From the NCBI GenBank assembly GCA_963769935.1, contig CAVYNY010000035.1, forward strand, positions 1-64,000: a DNA stretch of 64,000 nt, read 5' to 3'. Each line of letters opens with the position of its first letter. The stretch's first letter is position 1. Source of the DNA: an uncultured delta proteobacterium (GTDB lineage: Bacteria; Desulfobacterota; Desulfobacteria; Desulfobacterales; JAFDCJ01). The notes beneath the pieces were generated by a model, which saw only the letters and a program-made list of their open reading frames with translations, had not been told where the DNA came from and did not search any database. The translations under genes and the position numbers were made by a program. This document shows positions 20,747 to 28,880 of this stretch, one piece after another.

Positions 20747-21025
20747 TCAATGGTAATCGACAATTTCAACATTATATGCATTTCCATCATGCCACTCAAA
20801 ACAGATGCGCCATTGCTTATTGACGCTAATAGCATATTGTCCTTTTCTATCTCCCCCTAGAGAGTGAAACTTGTTACCTGGATTGAGCATCAATGTTTCA
20901 AGGCTAGGAGCAGCATGAAGTACCATAAGCCTTTTCCTTGCCTGCCTTTCAAACGACTGAAAACGGCGGACGCGTTGGTCGTTGAACAGTTTTTCGGTAT
21001 CTCGGCAGGCAAATGATTTGATCAT
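20747..21025 (-). CDS. higB: HigB toxin (RelE/ParE superfamily)
   Basis: MIKSFACRDTEKLF..PGNKFHSLGGDRKGQYAISVNKQWRICFEW..VEIVDYH. Toxin lies upstream of the antitoxin. Confidence 0.95.
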   Translation of the reverse strand: MIKSFACRDTEKLFNDQRVRRFQSFERQARKRLMVLHAAPSLETLMLNPGNKFHSLGGDRKGQYAISVNKQWRICFEWHDGNAYNVEIVDYH

Positions 21026-21060
21026 ATTGCAATGGTATTACGCGCAACGTAATATGTCAA
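21026..21060 (-). promoter_or_regulatory. sigma70 promoter of higBA with a palindromic operator in the spacer
   Basis: Minus strand: TTGACA-17 nt-TACCAT-6 nt-ATG. Palindrome tattacg-N5-cgtaata at 21036-21054. Confidence 0.8.
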
Positions 21061-21082
21061 GCGGTTTATTCAATAAGGGAAG

Positions 21083-21110
21083 GCATAACGCCGGCGGTCA
21101 CTGGTTGCCA
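21083..21110 (-). other. Half attC site (L'-R') truncated by the RAYT element
   Basis: Minus strand: caaccagtgaccgccggc GTTATGC at the 5' boundary of the higBA cassette. It matches that cassette's R'' ACATAAC at 6 of 7 positions. Confidence 0.65.
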
Positions 21111-21120
21111 TTAAGAGAAT

Positions 21121-22085
21121 TCCTCAGGGGACGGGCCAAGCTAAGTCGTTGTCCTCAGGGGACGGGCCAAGCTAAGTCGTTGCATTTTCAAAGTTTTGAT
21201 CCCAAACATAGGTGTTTTGGGCACCTATATCGCTCTTTTTCGCCCCAAAATGGGCTATATAGGGATATTGCACTTCTTTAAGTTGAAACGATTCTCCCGT
21301 TTCAAGGACCTTTCGTCCCAATGCCATGGCACCCATCAGCACTTTTACATTTTGAATAAAAGATTCACTCCCAACAGCGATGCTCTCTGTCCATTTGCCG
21401 TCACGGAAATTATCACCATCAGAAAGGCAGCTTTCCACCCATTGCTTGTGAGCCGTTTTCACATGCTCGTAAGAATCAAATCCAAGGAGTTCTTTTAACT
21501 TTTCGTAGTTGATCAGAATCTTTTTCCGTTTTGGTTGCTGAATTTCATTGTAGCCTGAATATGGCCACTCGCTTGGATGTTTTACGACTCCCGCCCTCAC
21601 CATATTAAGGTCGATATAGACAATGCATTTTTTTAAATGATCGCCATCCTCGATGGCGGTCGCATGATAACGGTCTTCCCAGTAAGCCCCTTTCCGTGCC
21701 TTCCGTTGATTAAATTCCTGACCGGTTCTACCTGCTATCAGCCTGATCGAATCAGGAATGACCTCCCTGGATTTATCATCGGCAACGAGTAGGTGAATAT
21801 GATTCGAAGTAACCGTATAATTTAAGACGCTTAAGCCATATCGCCTTCTCGCTTCAAAAAGCCACTGCAGCCACCTCCGCCGATCTTTTGCGAACTTCAG
21901 CAGAAACTCTCTCTTATGGCATCGATGGGTAATATGCCATATCTGGCCCGGTATGTAGTGCCTTTTCGCTCTTGCCATTGCTATGTCGCTGTTTTTTGCC
22001 CCAAAAAGCTCAATATAGCCCTGTTTTAAGGGGTACAACTAAGCTCATTCTCAATATTTATAGCCTGTTAGCGTGGCCCGTCCCC
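21121..22085 (-). mobile_element. RAYT (REP-associated tyrosine transposase) element with inverted ends
   Basis: ggggacgggccaagctaa (21158-21175) and ttagcgtggcccgtcccc (22068-22085) form an inverted repeat matching at 17/18. A 31-bp end sequence is tandemly duplicated at 21121-21182. Confidence 0.8.
21172..21978 (-). CDS. RAYT/TnpA-REP HUH Y1 transposase
   Basis: MARAKRHYIPGQIWHITHRC, NYTVTSNHIHLL (HUH), WEDRYHA, YIDLNMVRAGVV, WPYSGY. Confidence 0.92.
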   Translation of the reverse strand: MARAKRHYIPGQIWHITHRCHKREFLLKFAKDRRRWLQWLFEARRRYGLSVLNYTVTSNHIHLLVADDKSREVIPDSIRLIAGRTGQEFNQRKARKGAYWEDRYHATAIEDGDHLKKCIVYIDLNMVRAGVVKHPSEWPYSGYNEIQQPKRKKILINYEKLKELLGFDSYEHVKTAHKQWVESCLSDGDNFRDGKWTESIAVGSESFIQNVKVLMGAMALGRKVLETGESFQLKEVQYPYIAHFGAKKSDIGAQNTYVWDQNFENATT

Positions 22086-22460
22086 AAACCACGTCACTAA
22101 AACCGTTTATTTGTTCCCATTGCGGCGGCAGCCTTAAATACATCGCCTCGGTTCTGCCCTTTGAGCTGATGCAAGCCGGAGCCGGATAGAAGCGCATAGA
22201 CCGACAATTTGCCTGATCAATCAAGCCGTCTTCGATCTACCCAAACGGCACAGGATCCTTGCGCACTTAAAAAAGGAGTTTATATCTTTTTATAAAAATT
22301 ACTAGGCTGGATTACTGTAAACAACCAAAATCTATTGTAGCTTCGTCTGCTTGAAAAATCTATTTTAACCAGCTATGCTCTGCAAATTTTTAATTGCAGA
22401 GCGCTTCAACCCTCCTCTGCACGCAAGCTTTACCCATATCAACAACCGGGCTTCTTGAAC
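22086..22460 (+). mobile_element. IS91-family 3' remnant (transposase C-terminal Zn ribbon and terminus)
   Basis: KPFICSHCGGSLKYIASVLPF..* (stop 22187-22189). The non-coding tail ends in tttacccatatcaacaaccgggcttcttgaac, abutting an attC-like hairpin. Confidence 0.55.
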
Positions 22461-22510
22461 AATGGATTGAAAACGACCTTGCAGGTCGTGTCAATCCTTA
22501 TGGGTTATGA
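22454..22510 (-). other. attC-like site (atypical spacing)
   Basis: TCATAAC lies 13 nt after the cassette stop. Hairpin ggattgacacgacc/ggtcgttttcaatcc, then GTT at the IS91-like junction. Confidence 0.55.
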
Positions 22511-22522
22511 TTAGAGAAACTA

Positions 22523-23296
22523 TCAATCTGCTTCTTTAAAAGTCGTTATAATAAAATCAATATAATCTTGTTTAACTTTTCCTAACTCAACCCCTTGGAT
22601 ATAAATTTTTATTTCCTTATTTGGATTTGGAAATAACCATAGGGTGACCTTCTCCAAGGATGATGGATCACCAACCTGAAATCCCTTACAATGCTTTGCT
22701 TCAAAATAATAAATTGTTTTAGGTACCTGCGCACCTGTGTTAGCGTATAGCCACTTATCAATTAATTGATAATATAAGAGAGTAGTTTCATTAATTGGTT
22801 TAAAAATAGCAAAAATGGTTGGTTTCGAATAGAAGGATGATTTTACATATTCAAAATTATTTATGAATTTGTTTTTGAAAATTTTTTTGAAATGTGAAAC
22901 ATCATCTTCCTTTTCACTTGTTTTTAAGTATTGGTACATATTCGATGGGTAATCCGTTGGTTCATGAATAATTACTCCATACTCATGCACAAAAAATATT
23001 CCTTTTACATTATCAAGATCAAGAAACTCTGGAGATTTATTCAACGGCACACTAATTTGGTACCCAAATGCACTAAAAAAGCTACTGTCTTTAACGTGGA
23101 CATGAGTCAAATTCCGTAACTTTGGTGTTATATGCAAGTATGAATCTTGCTTTTCATCCCTGCTGTATATTAAATACGTTGCATATATCTGCCTCCCATG
23201 TATTGCCGCAAACAGAACTAAAGCGATGATTAAAACTAAGCTGATCTTAAACCATCTATTTTTGATAATTTTTATCAAAGAACTTTGCATGCCCAT
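22523..23296 (-). CDS. Integron cassette protein, hypothetical, N-terminal TM anchor
   Basis: 257-aa AT-rich ORF flanked by attC sites. Confidence 0.8.
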   Translation of the reverse strand: MGMQSSLIKIIKNRWFKISLVLIIALVLFAAIHGRQIYATYLIYSRDEKQDSYLHITPKLRNLTHVHVKDSSFFSAFGYQISVPLNKSPEFLDLDNVKGIFFVHEYGVIIHEPTDYPSNMYQYLKTSEKEDDVSHFKKIFKNKFINNFEYVKSSFYSKPTIFAIFKPINETTLLYYQLIDKWLYANTGAQVPKTIYYFEAKHCKGFQVGDPSSLEKVTLWLFPNPNKEIKIYIQGVELGKVKQDYIDFIITTFKEAD

Positions 23297-23299
23297 AAA

Positions 23300-23404
23300 A
23301 CATACCGTTGCGGATAACCAGCGGGCAAAAGCCCATTCAAATTTGAACGTAATTTGCGATAAACCGCATCAGTTGTCCCGTCTGGTTAATCCGCCTGGTT
23401 AGGT
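23300..23404 (-). other. attC site
   Basis: Minus strand: ACCTAAC caggcggat T aaccagAcggg ... cccgctggtt atccgcaac GGTATGT. R' has GGT or has lost one T. Confidence 0.85.
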
Positions 23405-23742
23405 GCTTGGTGCTTATTGTTACTAAAAATATGAATAGTCAGAGCTAGTTGGCAAAGTCCCAGTGCAAATAGTAAGACGGCTAAGTATTTGAACATTCGT
23501 CCGAACGATTTGCTTGCCCTCTTCAAATGTTCGGTTTTTTCTAACTCAACCTTTAATAACTGTTTCGTTTCGGCAATTGAAAGATGTATTTCTTTTTCTG
23601 CGTCTATTGAATTGGATAATTTTTGAGTTGTCACATGAGTATCAAAAGCAACTATTTTATTGGCGTAGATATAAAAAAAGATTGAACAAGCGATCAAAAT
23701 GATTGCAATTCCCAAAAGACCTATTAATTCTTTGAGTTTCAC
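23386..23742 (-). CDS. Integron cassette protein, hypothetical 2-TM membrane protein
   Basis: AT-rich ORF whose stop lies inside the attC. RBS aagga. Confidence 0.8.
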   Translation of the reverse strand: MKLKELIGLLGIAIILIACSIFFYIYANKIVAFDTHVTTQKLSNSIDAEKEIHLSIAETKQLLKVELEKTEHLKRASKSFGRMFKYLAVLLFALGLCQLALTIHIFSNNKHQAPNQAD

Positions 23743-23765
23743 CTATCGTTCCTTTTGAAATTTCA

Positions 23766-23892
23766 ACCTAACGCCAAAAATCACGGGCCGGGCGGCGAAT
23801 CACGAAAACGGTCAGTGAACGAAAACGGTTTATAAAAGACAGACTTCAATTACTTCACGCTGTAGCCCGGTCCAGTGCATTTTTTGTTAGGT
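23766..23892 (-). other. attC site
   Basis: Minus strand: ACCTAAC aaaaaat G cac T ggaccgggc ... gcccggcccgtg atttttggc GTTAGGT, with two extrahelical bases. Confidence 0.9.
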
Positions 23893-24186
23893 TCTTTTCA
23901 TTCTTTTTGAAAATTGTATTATGCCAATAGCGCCTAATGCCGAAATCATGAAACCCAAGAGGGCTTTAATAATATAGGTCAGATAAATAAATTGTGTCAT
24001 CTGGGCTGATTGCTCCGGTGTGACCGAATAACCATTAGGAACTTGACCGGACATTATCAGTTTTATATCCGAATAAAAGGAAACCAAGACTTGTCCGGCA
24101 ACATGAGGATAGACAGACTGATAGATATAGCAACATCCAAAAATAATTACTGTGATCCCCAAAAAGTATATGATTTTGTAACTCAT
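23887..24186 (-). CDS. Integron cassette protein, hypothetical 2-TM membrane protein
   Basis: The stop codon TAA is part of R'' (ACCTAAC). ATG lies 7 nt after the upstream R'. Confidence 0.8.
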   Translation of the reverse strand: MSYKIIYFLGITVIIFGCCYIYQSVYPHVAGQVLVSFYSDIKLIMSGQVPNGYSVTPEQSAQMTQFIYLTYIIKALLGFMISALGAIGIIQFSKRMKRT

Positions 24187-24283
24187 CTAAAAACCTAACG
24201 GGGCGCGGGTGAGCAGCGGGCCAAATTCAGACCTATCCTGCACGACCTTTACGGTGAACCGCGATCTTCACGCCGTCTGCTCA

Positions 24284-24750
24284 AGTGGCAGGATACTTAT
24301 CATGGCCTTCTTCGAAAGCAAGGAAGGCTAGCACTATTTATATCAAAGTTCAATTAGCCAGTTACCCGCAGCAAAGTTGCCTGTGCTCCGACGAGCTACG
24401 CGAGGGCCCATTCTCGCACAGGCAACTTTGCTGCTGGATGCCGGGCATAGAACCAATCCTTGTGAAAGGCGGAAAACTCTTTTATCGTAGATAGTGACCA
24501 CCACTAACTTATAACAAAAGGAGGTATCCCGTGAGATTCTACACCCAGCAACATCAACATTACTGCGGAATCGATCTGCATGCAAGAAAGATGTATGTGT
24601 GTATTCTAAACAGTATCGGCAAAATCGTTTTGCACAAAAATATCAAGACTGATCCTGAGATATTATTTGAGATCTTATTTCCCTTTTTGCCCGAAGTCGT
24701 CGTTGGCGTTGAGTGCATGTTCTCTTGGTATTGGATCGCGGACCTGTGCC
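24284..24750 (+). mobile_element. IS110-family element, 3'-truncated: ~250-bp structured left non-coding region plus the N-terminal part of the DEDD recombinase
   Basis: RBS aggaggt, GTG at 24531, YCGIDLHARKMYVCILN..VVGVECMFSWYWIADLC. IS110-like sequence ends at ~24750. Confidence 0.88.
24300..24515 (+). ncRNA. Candidate IS110 bridge/guide RNA
   Basis: Hairpin gccttc/gaaggc (24305-24328) and a perfect 19-bp stem (24368-24386 with 24416-24434) upstream of the recombinase. The RNA function is inferred from IS110 biology only. Confidence 0.5.
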
Positions 24751-24758
24751 GTTATAAC

Positions 24759-25097
24759 CTAAAAATTAATATCGAATATAATGATGGAAATAAAAATTAA
24801 AGGACCAAATATAACTAATGACAACATTAAAATTACTATGAAATAAATAGATATTAGTTTAATTCGTGCAATATTTTTTTGCTCAGGTGCATTGTATTCG
24901 TTATTACAGCCCGGGCAAACTACTAAGTCTTGATTATGAATCATTTCGTAAGCTGAAGGAGGATACAATTTTTTTAGAGCTGTCTTTAAGTCAGTTTTAA
25001 TTTGAGAGAATTTAAATCCAAGTCTTGGATACCTATACTTTAGATTGCTTTGCACTCTAAATTCTTGAGCGCATTTTGGGCACTTGGTAATAGTCAT
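24759..25097 (-). CDS. First integron cassette protein: two CxxC motifs plus a C-terminal TM
   Basis: CPKC..CPGC, hydrophobic C-terminus. Bounded by GTTATAA (5') and TTATAAC (3'). Confidence 0.8.
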   Translation of the reverse strand: MTITKCPKCAQEFRVQSNLKYRYPRLGFKFSQIKTDLKTALKKLYPPSAYEMIHNQDLVVCPGCNNEYNAPEQKNIARIKLISIYFIVILMLSLVIFGPLIFISIIIFDINF

Positions 25098-25103
25098 TAT
25101 GCG

Positions 25104-25140
25104 TTATAACCAGTGATTGAGTCGTTTCTTTATAATTACA
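25104..25140 (-). other. Putative attI / array start
   Basis: G|TTATAA is complementary to the first cassette's R'', but no attC hairpin lies upstream of it. Confidence 0.5.
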
Positions 25141-25419
25141 AAAAATAAAAGTGATTGATCGGGAAAAGGATTATTTTATTGGCAATTCTAACTGCATAAC
25201 TCCGTATATTGGGCTTATATAGAAAGCTGGTTAACGATGGAACAGATCCCACAAACCGCAAAAGTGTGCTTTGCTGCGATACTTTATCGAAAGCGATATC
25301 CCTAAAAAGTTGCGCCTTTTCTATCTGAAATGGGTGCGATATTATTTGGATTTCTGTCGAAAATAGAATTTCAAAGAAACTGAAAAAATGAGCCTCCCAA
25401 ACTTTACCCCTTAGTTTAG

Positions 25420-26860
25420 ATATAAACCCTCCACCTCCGGTGGAGGACGCGGATAGGTTCAGCCGATCCGGTGATAACCAGACTGTCATTCAAAAACTCG
25501 AACCACGAAAATCGAAATTTGAAACCCATACGAAATCTTGGACACAGATTTTCACGGATGCACACAGATTCAAAAACCAATGAACCAATTCGCCTTCGGC
25601 GAGAAAAAAACAGTCTAATTTCTTCCTGCAAACTATGCTGAGCTGCACCTTCCGCCGCCAGGCGGACCTAAAATAATTTATCTGTGAAAATCTGTGAAGA
25701 TCCGTGTCCTAAGTTTTTTGGTTCAGATGGCCGGTCTGGGTGCTTGTTCATCATATATCGTAAACAAAAACCTAAGCCCAACTGGTCTGGGCCAGGAATG
25801 TCGGATTTTAAGTAATCCGAATTAGTCCCGCCCCCTCCAAGGGGGCTTCCTGAGGCCTCCCGCTCTGCGGGAGGAGCACTCACTTGCATAAACAACATGG
25901 CAAAGATTAGATAATGGTCCGCAATTATTGCCAATATCACAATCGGACACGGATAAGCACTGATCACACAGATACATTTTCGGAATTCGGAATTAGTGAA
26001 TAACCTCTGACCCGGCCGCTGTGGAAACCAAAAATATTTGCATTTTCGCCCATCCGCGAAGTTCCTGAAGATCTGTGTCCACCGTCAAAAGGTTTTAATT
26101 TCGTATGTAAAACTGCCTGGCAGCTTTATTTTTTTTGGGTGAGGATTTGAGACTTGTGCTAACCCTTTTTACAACATCAGGGTCTAAAGCGATAATAGCG
26201 GAAAAAATGGCATGTGTAAATACGGTTAAATACTCAAAAGGGAATGCGTATAAATACCTATTGGATTGAGTAGAAATACCTAATTAGGGAGGTTAAAGGC
26301 TAAAGGTCAAAGGTAAAAGGATAACGGATAGAAGGCGGGCATCGGAGATGTCAGGTCATAGATGTGAGTTCATAGTTTATAGCTCCCCGGTTAAATTCGC
26401 TGCGACCCGGTCAAACAAGAAAAAAGGTTTAACAGGGCAGGCTGATCTATCGATATTTAACGGGGTAAACATAGTTCATAGGGAACGGATGAAAACGGAG
26501 AAACGGCATAAGAATGGAAGGTGGGAAGGTGAGAGGGTGGACGGATAGAAGATCAGAAATTCAGAAGAGCAGAAGAGCAGATGGGGGGCACCGGAGGTTA
26601 CACGGACGAAACGGAGAACCGGTGAAAAGGCGAATCGGAGGCTTGGAAAAATAGAAATGGGGAAACGGTCAGTGGGGGAAACGGGGAATCGGAGATCCGG
26701 AGAAACGGTGTGAAACAAAGAAGCTGAGAAGAGCAGAAGATCAGCCTACAAAAACGGAAAACGGCAGGGAATATAGAAGCTCGGAGGATCAGAAGAGCAG
26801 ATGGGGGGGCATCGGAAATGCCCAGCTCACAGCTCCCCAGCTAAGCTCCTCCGACATGGA
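25420..26860. repeat. Non-coding mosaic of short-period repeats and nested MITE-like palindromes
   Basis: gacacagattttcacggat..acacagatt is inverted against atctgtgaaaatctgtgaagatccgtgtc. Runs of acggagaa and agaagagc. ccccggttaaat..atttaacgggg enclosing cccggtcaaac..gtttaacaggg (26385-26465). Confidence 0.7.
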
Positions 26861-26937
26861 CCTCAGGAGCAGGTTTTCAATGTTGGAACTTACTGTCTCC
26901 ATGATCGCGACCAGAGGCGCAGGCAAACTGGTGTCCG

Positions 26938-27582
26938 CTACTTCAGGAGGCCAGGAAACGCCTCGCTAAGCCCGGCAATGATAAACTCGACCGCGATTAC
27001 AGCCAGAATCAATCCCATAAGCCGCTGCATAACGTTCATTCCGGTCTCGCCCAGTACCCGGGCTATCCGATCGGCCGACCGAAAGAGGACAAAAATAGTG
27101 AACGAAACCAACAATACGCTCGTAACCGCCGCCGCATCCGGTAAAAACCCCCGGGTGTAACCAGCGGCGACTATCATCAGGCTGATGGCTCCCGGCCCTG
27201 CGGTCAGCGGAATAGCCAGCGGCACGATCGCAACGCCGTGGCTGCCCTGTGTTGCATGAACCTGCCGGTCGGTTTTTGCGGCCTCCGCATCGTTTGGCTG
27301 AAGCATTGTCCATGCGGACCTGAAGATGATCAGTCCTCCGGCGATTCGTAATGCTATGATGCTGGTTGAAAACAACCGCAACAATCCTTCCCCGATAAAA
27401 TAGGCGGCGGTTAAAGTGATAAAGACAGTTATGGCCGTTCGTAGAGGAACCCGACGCCGGTGGTCGGGCATCTGACCGCTCGTCAAACTGATGAAGACCG
27501 GAATCACAGCAAACGGATTCACTACCGCAAAGAGTGAAACCAGAAAAATCAGATACTCCTCAACGTAGCCAATCATTGCCAA
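26938..27582 (-). CDS. MarC-family integral membrane protein
   Basis: LFAVVNPFAVIPVF, LRIAGGLI, AIVPLAIPLTAGPGAI, RLMGLILAVIAVEFI. Confidence 0.92.
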   Translation of the reverse strand: MAMIGYVEEYLIFLVSLFAVVNPFAVIPVFISLTSGQMPDHRRRVPLRTAITVFITLTAAYFIGEGLLRLFSTSIIALRIAGGLIIFRSAWTMLQPNDAEAAKTDRQVHATQGSHGVAIVPLAIPLTAGPGAISLMIVAAGYTRGFLPDAAAVTSVLLVSFTIFVLFRSADRIARVLGETGMNVMQRLMGLILAVIAVEFIIAGLSEAFPGLLK

Positions 27583-27623
27583 AACCGTCCTTCTATTTGC
27601 GGGATGTTATCCCCGCAGCCTGA

Positions 27624-27902
27624 CTAGAAATTTTTGAGCAAATCCTCTAATATGAGCACCGGCTGAATGTCGATTTCAGCGTTCAATTTAGCAAACAGGG
27701 GCTCGTTTATCGCTGTCAATCGGGCAACATCTGTTTCTTCAAAGACCACCATCCCGCATCGCTTGCCGTCCCGCAAATAAAAATATGCTGATTCAGCTTG
27801 CACCTGATTGACCAAATCTTTTATCGCTTGCGATATCGAGCCGTTTGCTACGGCTTCATTGCCCTTTTCGACGGGGATTGTAAATTGCAGCATTATGCGC
27901 AT
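27624..27902 (-). CDS. Conserved hypothetical protein (DUF3303/GYD-like fold suspected)
   Basis: ATG after aaggagg. ESAYF..GKRCGMVVFE..EPLFAKLNAEIDIQPV. Confidence 0.65.
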   Translation of the reverse strand: MRIMLQFTIPVEKGNEAVANGSISQAIKDLVNQVQAESAYFYLRDGKRCGMVVFEETDVARLTAINEPLFAKLNAEIDIQPVLILEDLLKNF

Positions 27903-27935
27903 ACATACCTCCTTCATTACATCGATTGCCACCGG

Positions 27936-28118
27936 CTAATTGACTGATTGAGCTGAAGGATACGGCACCGGTTTCAACACCTTTATCGCAATATAAGGCC
28001 GCTGCCCGTACAATCCAACTTCTTTGAGCCGAGTTTTCAGAGCGCCGCTGGGGCTGCCTTCAATCTCAGGAATATTTTGAGCCTCATATGATTCAATAAG
28101 ACTCCCCAGAGTTTCCAT
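27936..28118 (-). pseudogene. Fragment of a HigA-like HTH antitoxin
   Basis: METLGSLIESYEAQNIPEIEGSP resembles the pre-HTH segment of HigA proteins. The HTH itself is missing. Confidence 0.45.
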
Positions 28119-28234
28119 TAAAAGCGAGCCTTATCCCCTCCAATATTGAAAACTGTTAATTTACCCACTTGATCAGCATTCGGAAACGTTTGTCTTAGCT
28201 CCGCAAATGAATTAAATTCTGTATTTTTATACTG

Positions 28235-28531
28235 CTACTGCTTAGATGCTAAAGAACCATTTAAATATTTGTGAATAATGCTTGAAATAAGCGTTTGATA
28301 TGGAATACCCTCTTCAATAGCCTTTATCTGGATTTGGTGATAATCTTTTTGAGATAATCGAAGATTAATGCGTTTATCTTTTCTGAGAGTATTTCGAGCC
28401 GCTTCGACCGCTGCTTTCTTCTTTTGCTTAAAATCCTTAACAGGACGCCATTCATCGGTCTCAAGAGATTTCATCAAATCGCTTTCTTCTTTATCTAGTG
28501 GCTTAAATGCCTTTTTGTTCAATTTATTCAT
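28235..28531 (-). CDS. RHH (CopG/BrnA-like) antitoxin
   Basis: RKDKRINLRLSQKDYHQIQIKAIEEGIPYQTLISSIIHKY. Confidence 0.85.
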   Translation of the reverse strand: MNKLNKKAFKPLDKEESDLMKSLETDEWRPVKDFKQKKKAAVEAARNTLRKDKRINLRLSQKDYHQIQIKAIEEGIPYQTLISSIIHKYLNGSLASKQ

Positions 28532-28670
28532 ATTTCCCCCTTTAACCCGAAACGTTTTGTATATTTACGACTAGGAAAAGCAGTTTTGAGAAAAATTTCA
28601 TTTTGGTTTTCGACGAAGGGAACTATAAAAGCATGATTTTCGATTTCCAAAATGTATATTTGTGGTTCGA
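28528..28670 (-). pseudogene. BrnT-like toxin, N-terminally truncated
   Basis: QIYILEIENHAFIVPFVENQNEIFLKTAFPSRKYTK overlaps the antitoxin start. The N-terminal part is absent. Confidence 0.7.
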
Positions 28671-28880
28671 ATTGAGACATTTCCCTTTTAGAATAAACCT
28701 CGAATCGCCTGGCCGCAACGGCATTGATTTTGAACCTGCAAATTAGCATTACAATGCCCTGCATGGATGATGGATGTCAACTCCGTAATGACGAGCAGCT
28801 ATGAAAACGTCAGAACGATATCCTTATTCCTCGATTGCGTGCAATGCCGCCTGGGTGGGGGGCCCGGAGGGCCGGGAAGC

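Larger units (their letters stand above)
24193..24758 (-). other. attC site split by an IS110 insertion
   Basis: Joining 24193-24283 to 24742-24758 restores TTATAAC ggcacaggt T gagcag A cgg ... ccgctgctc acccgcgcccc GTTAGGT. Confidence 0.8.

Noticed and set aside
24380..24386. cctgtgc in the IS110 non-coding region as a target guide (identical to attC flank 24743-24749)
   Set aside because: Only 7 nt long and buried in a perfect stem rather than a loop, so it could easily be chance.
25136..26800. Integron integrase or real proteins among the short ORFs here
   Set aside because: No tyrosine-recombinase motifs. The ORFs are translations of low-complexity repeats.
19851..26860. CRISPR array
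   Set aside because: No identical repeats with regular unique spacers. The repeats are attC hairpins, two-copy duplications or short-period runs, and no cas genes are present.
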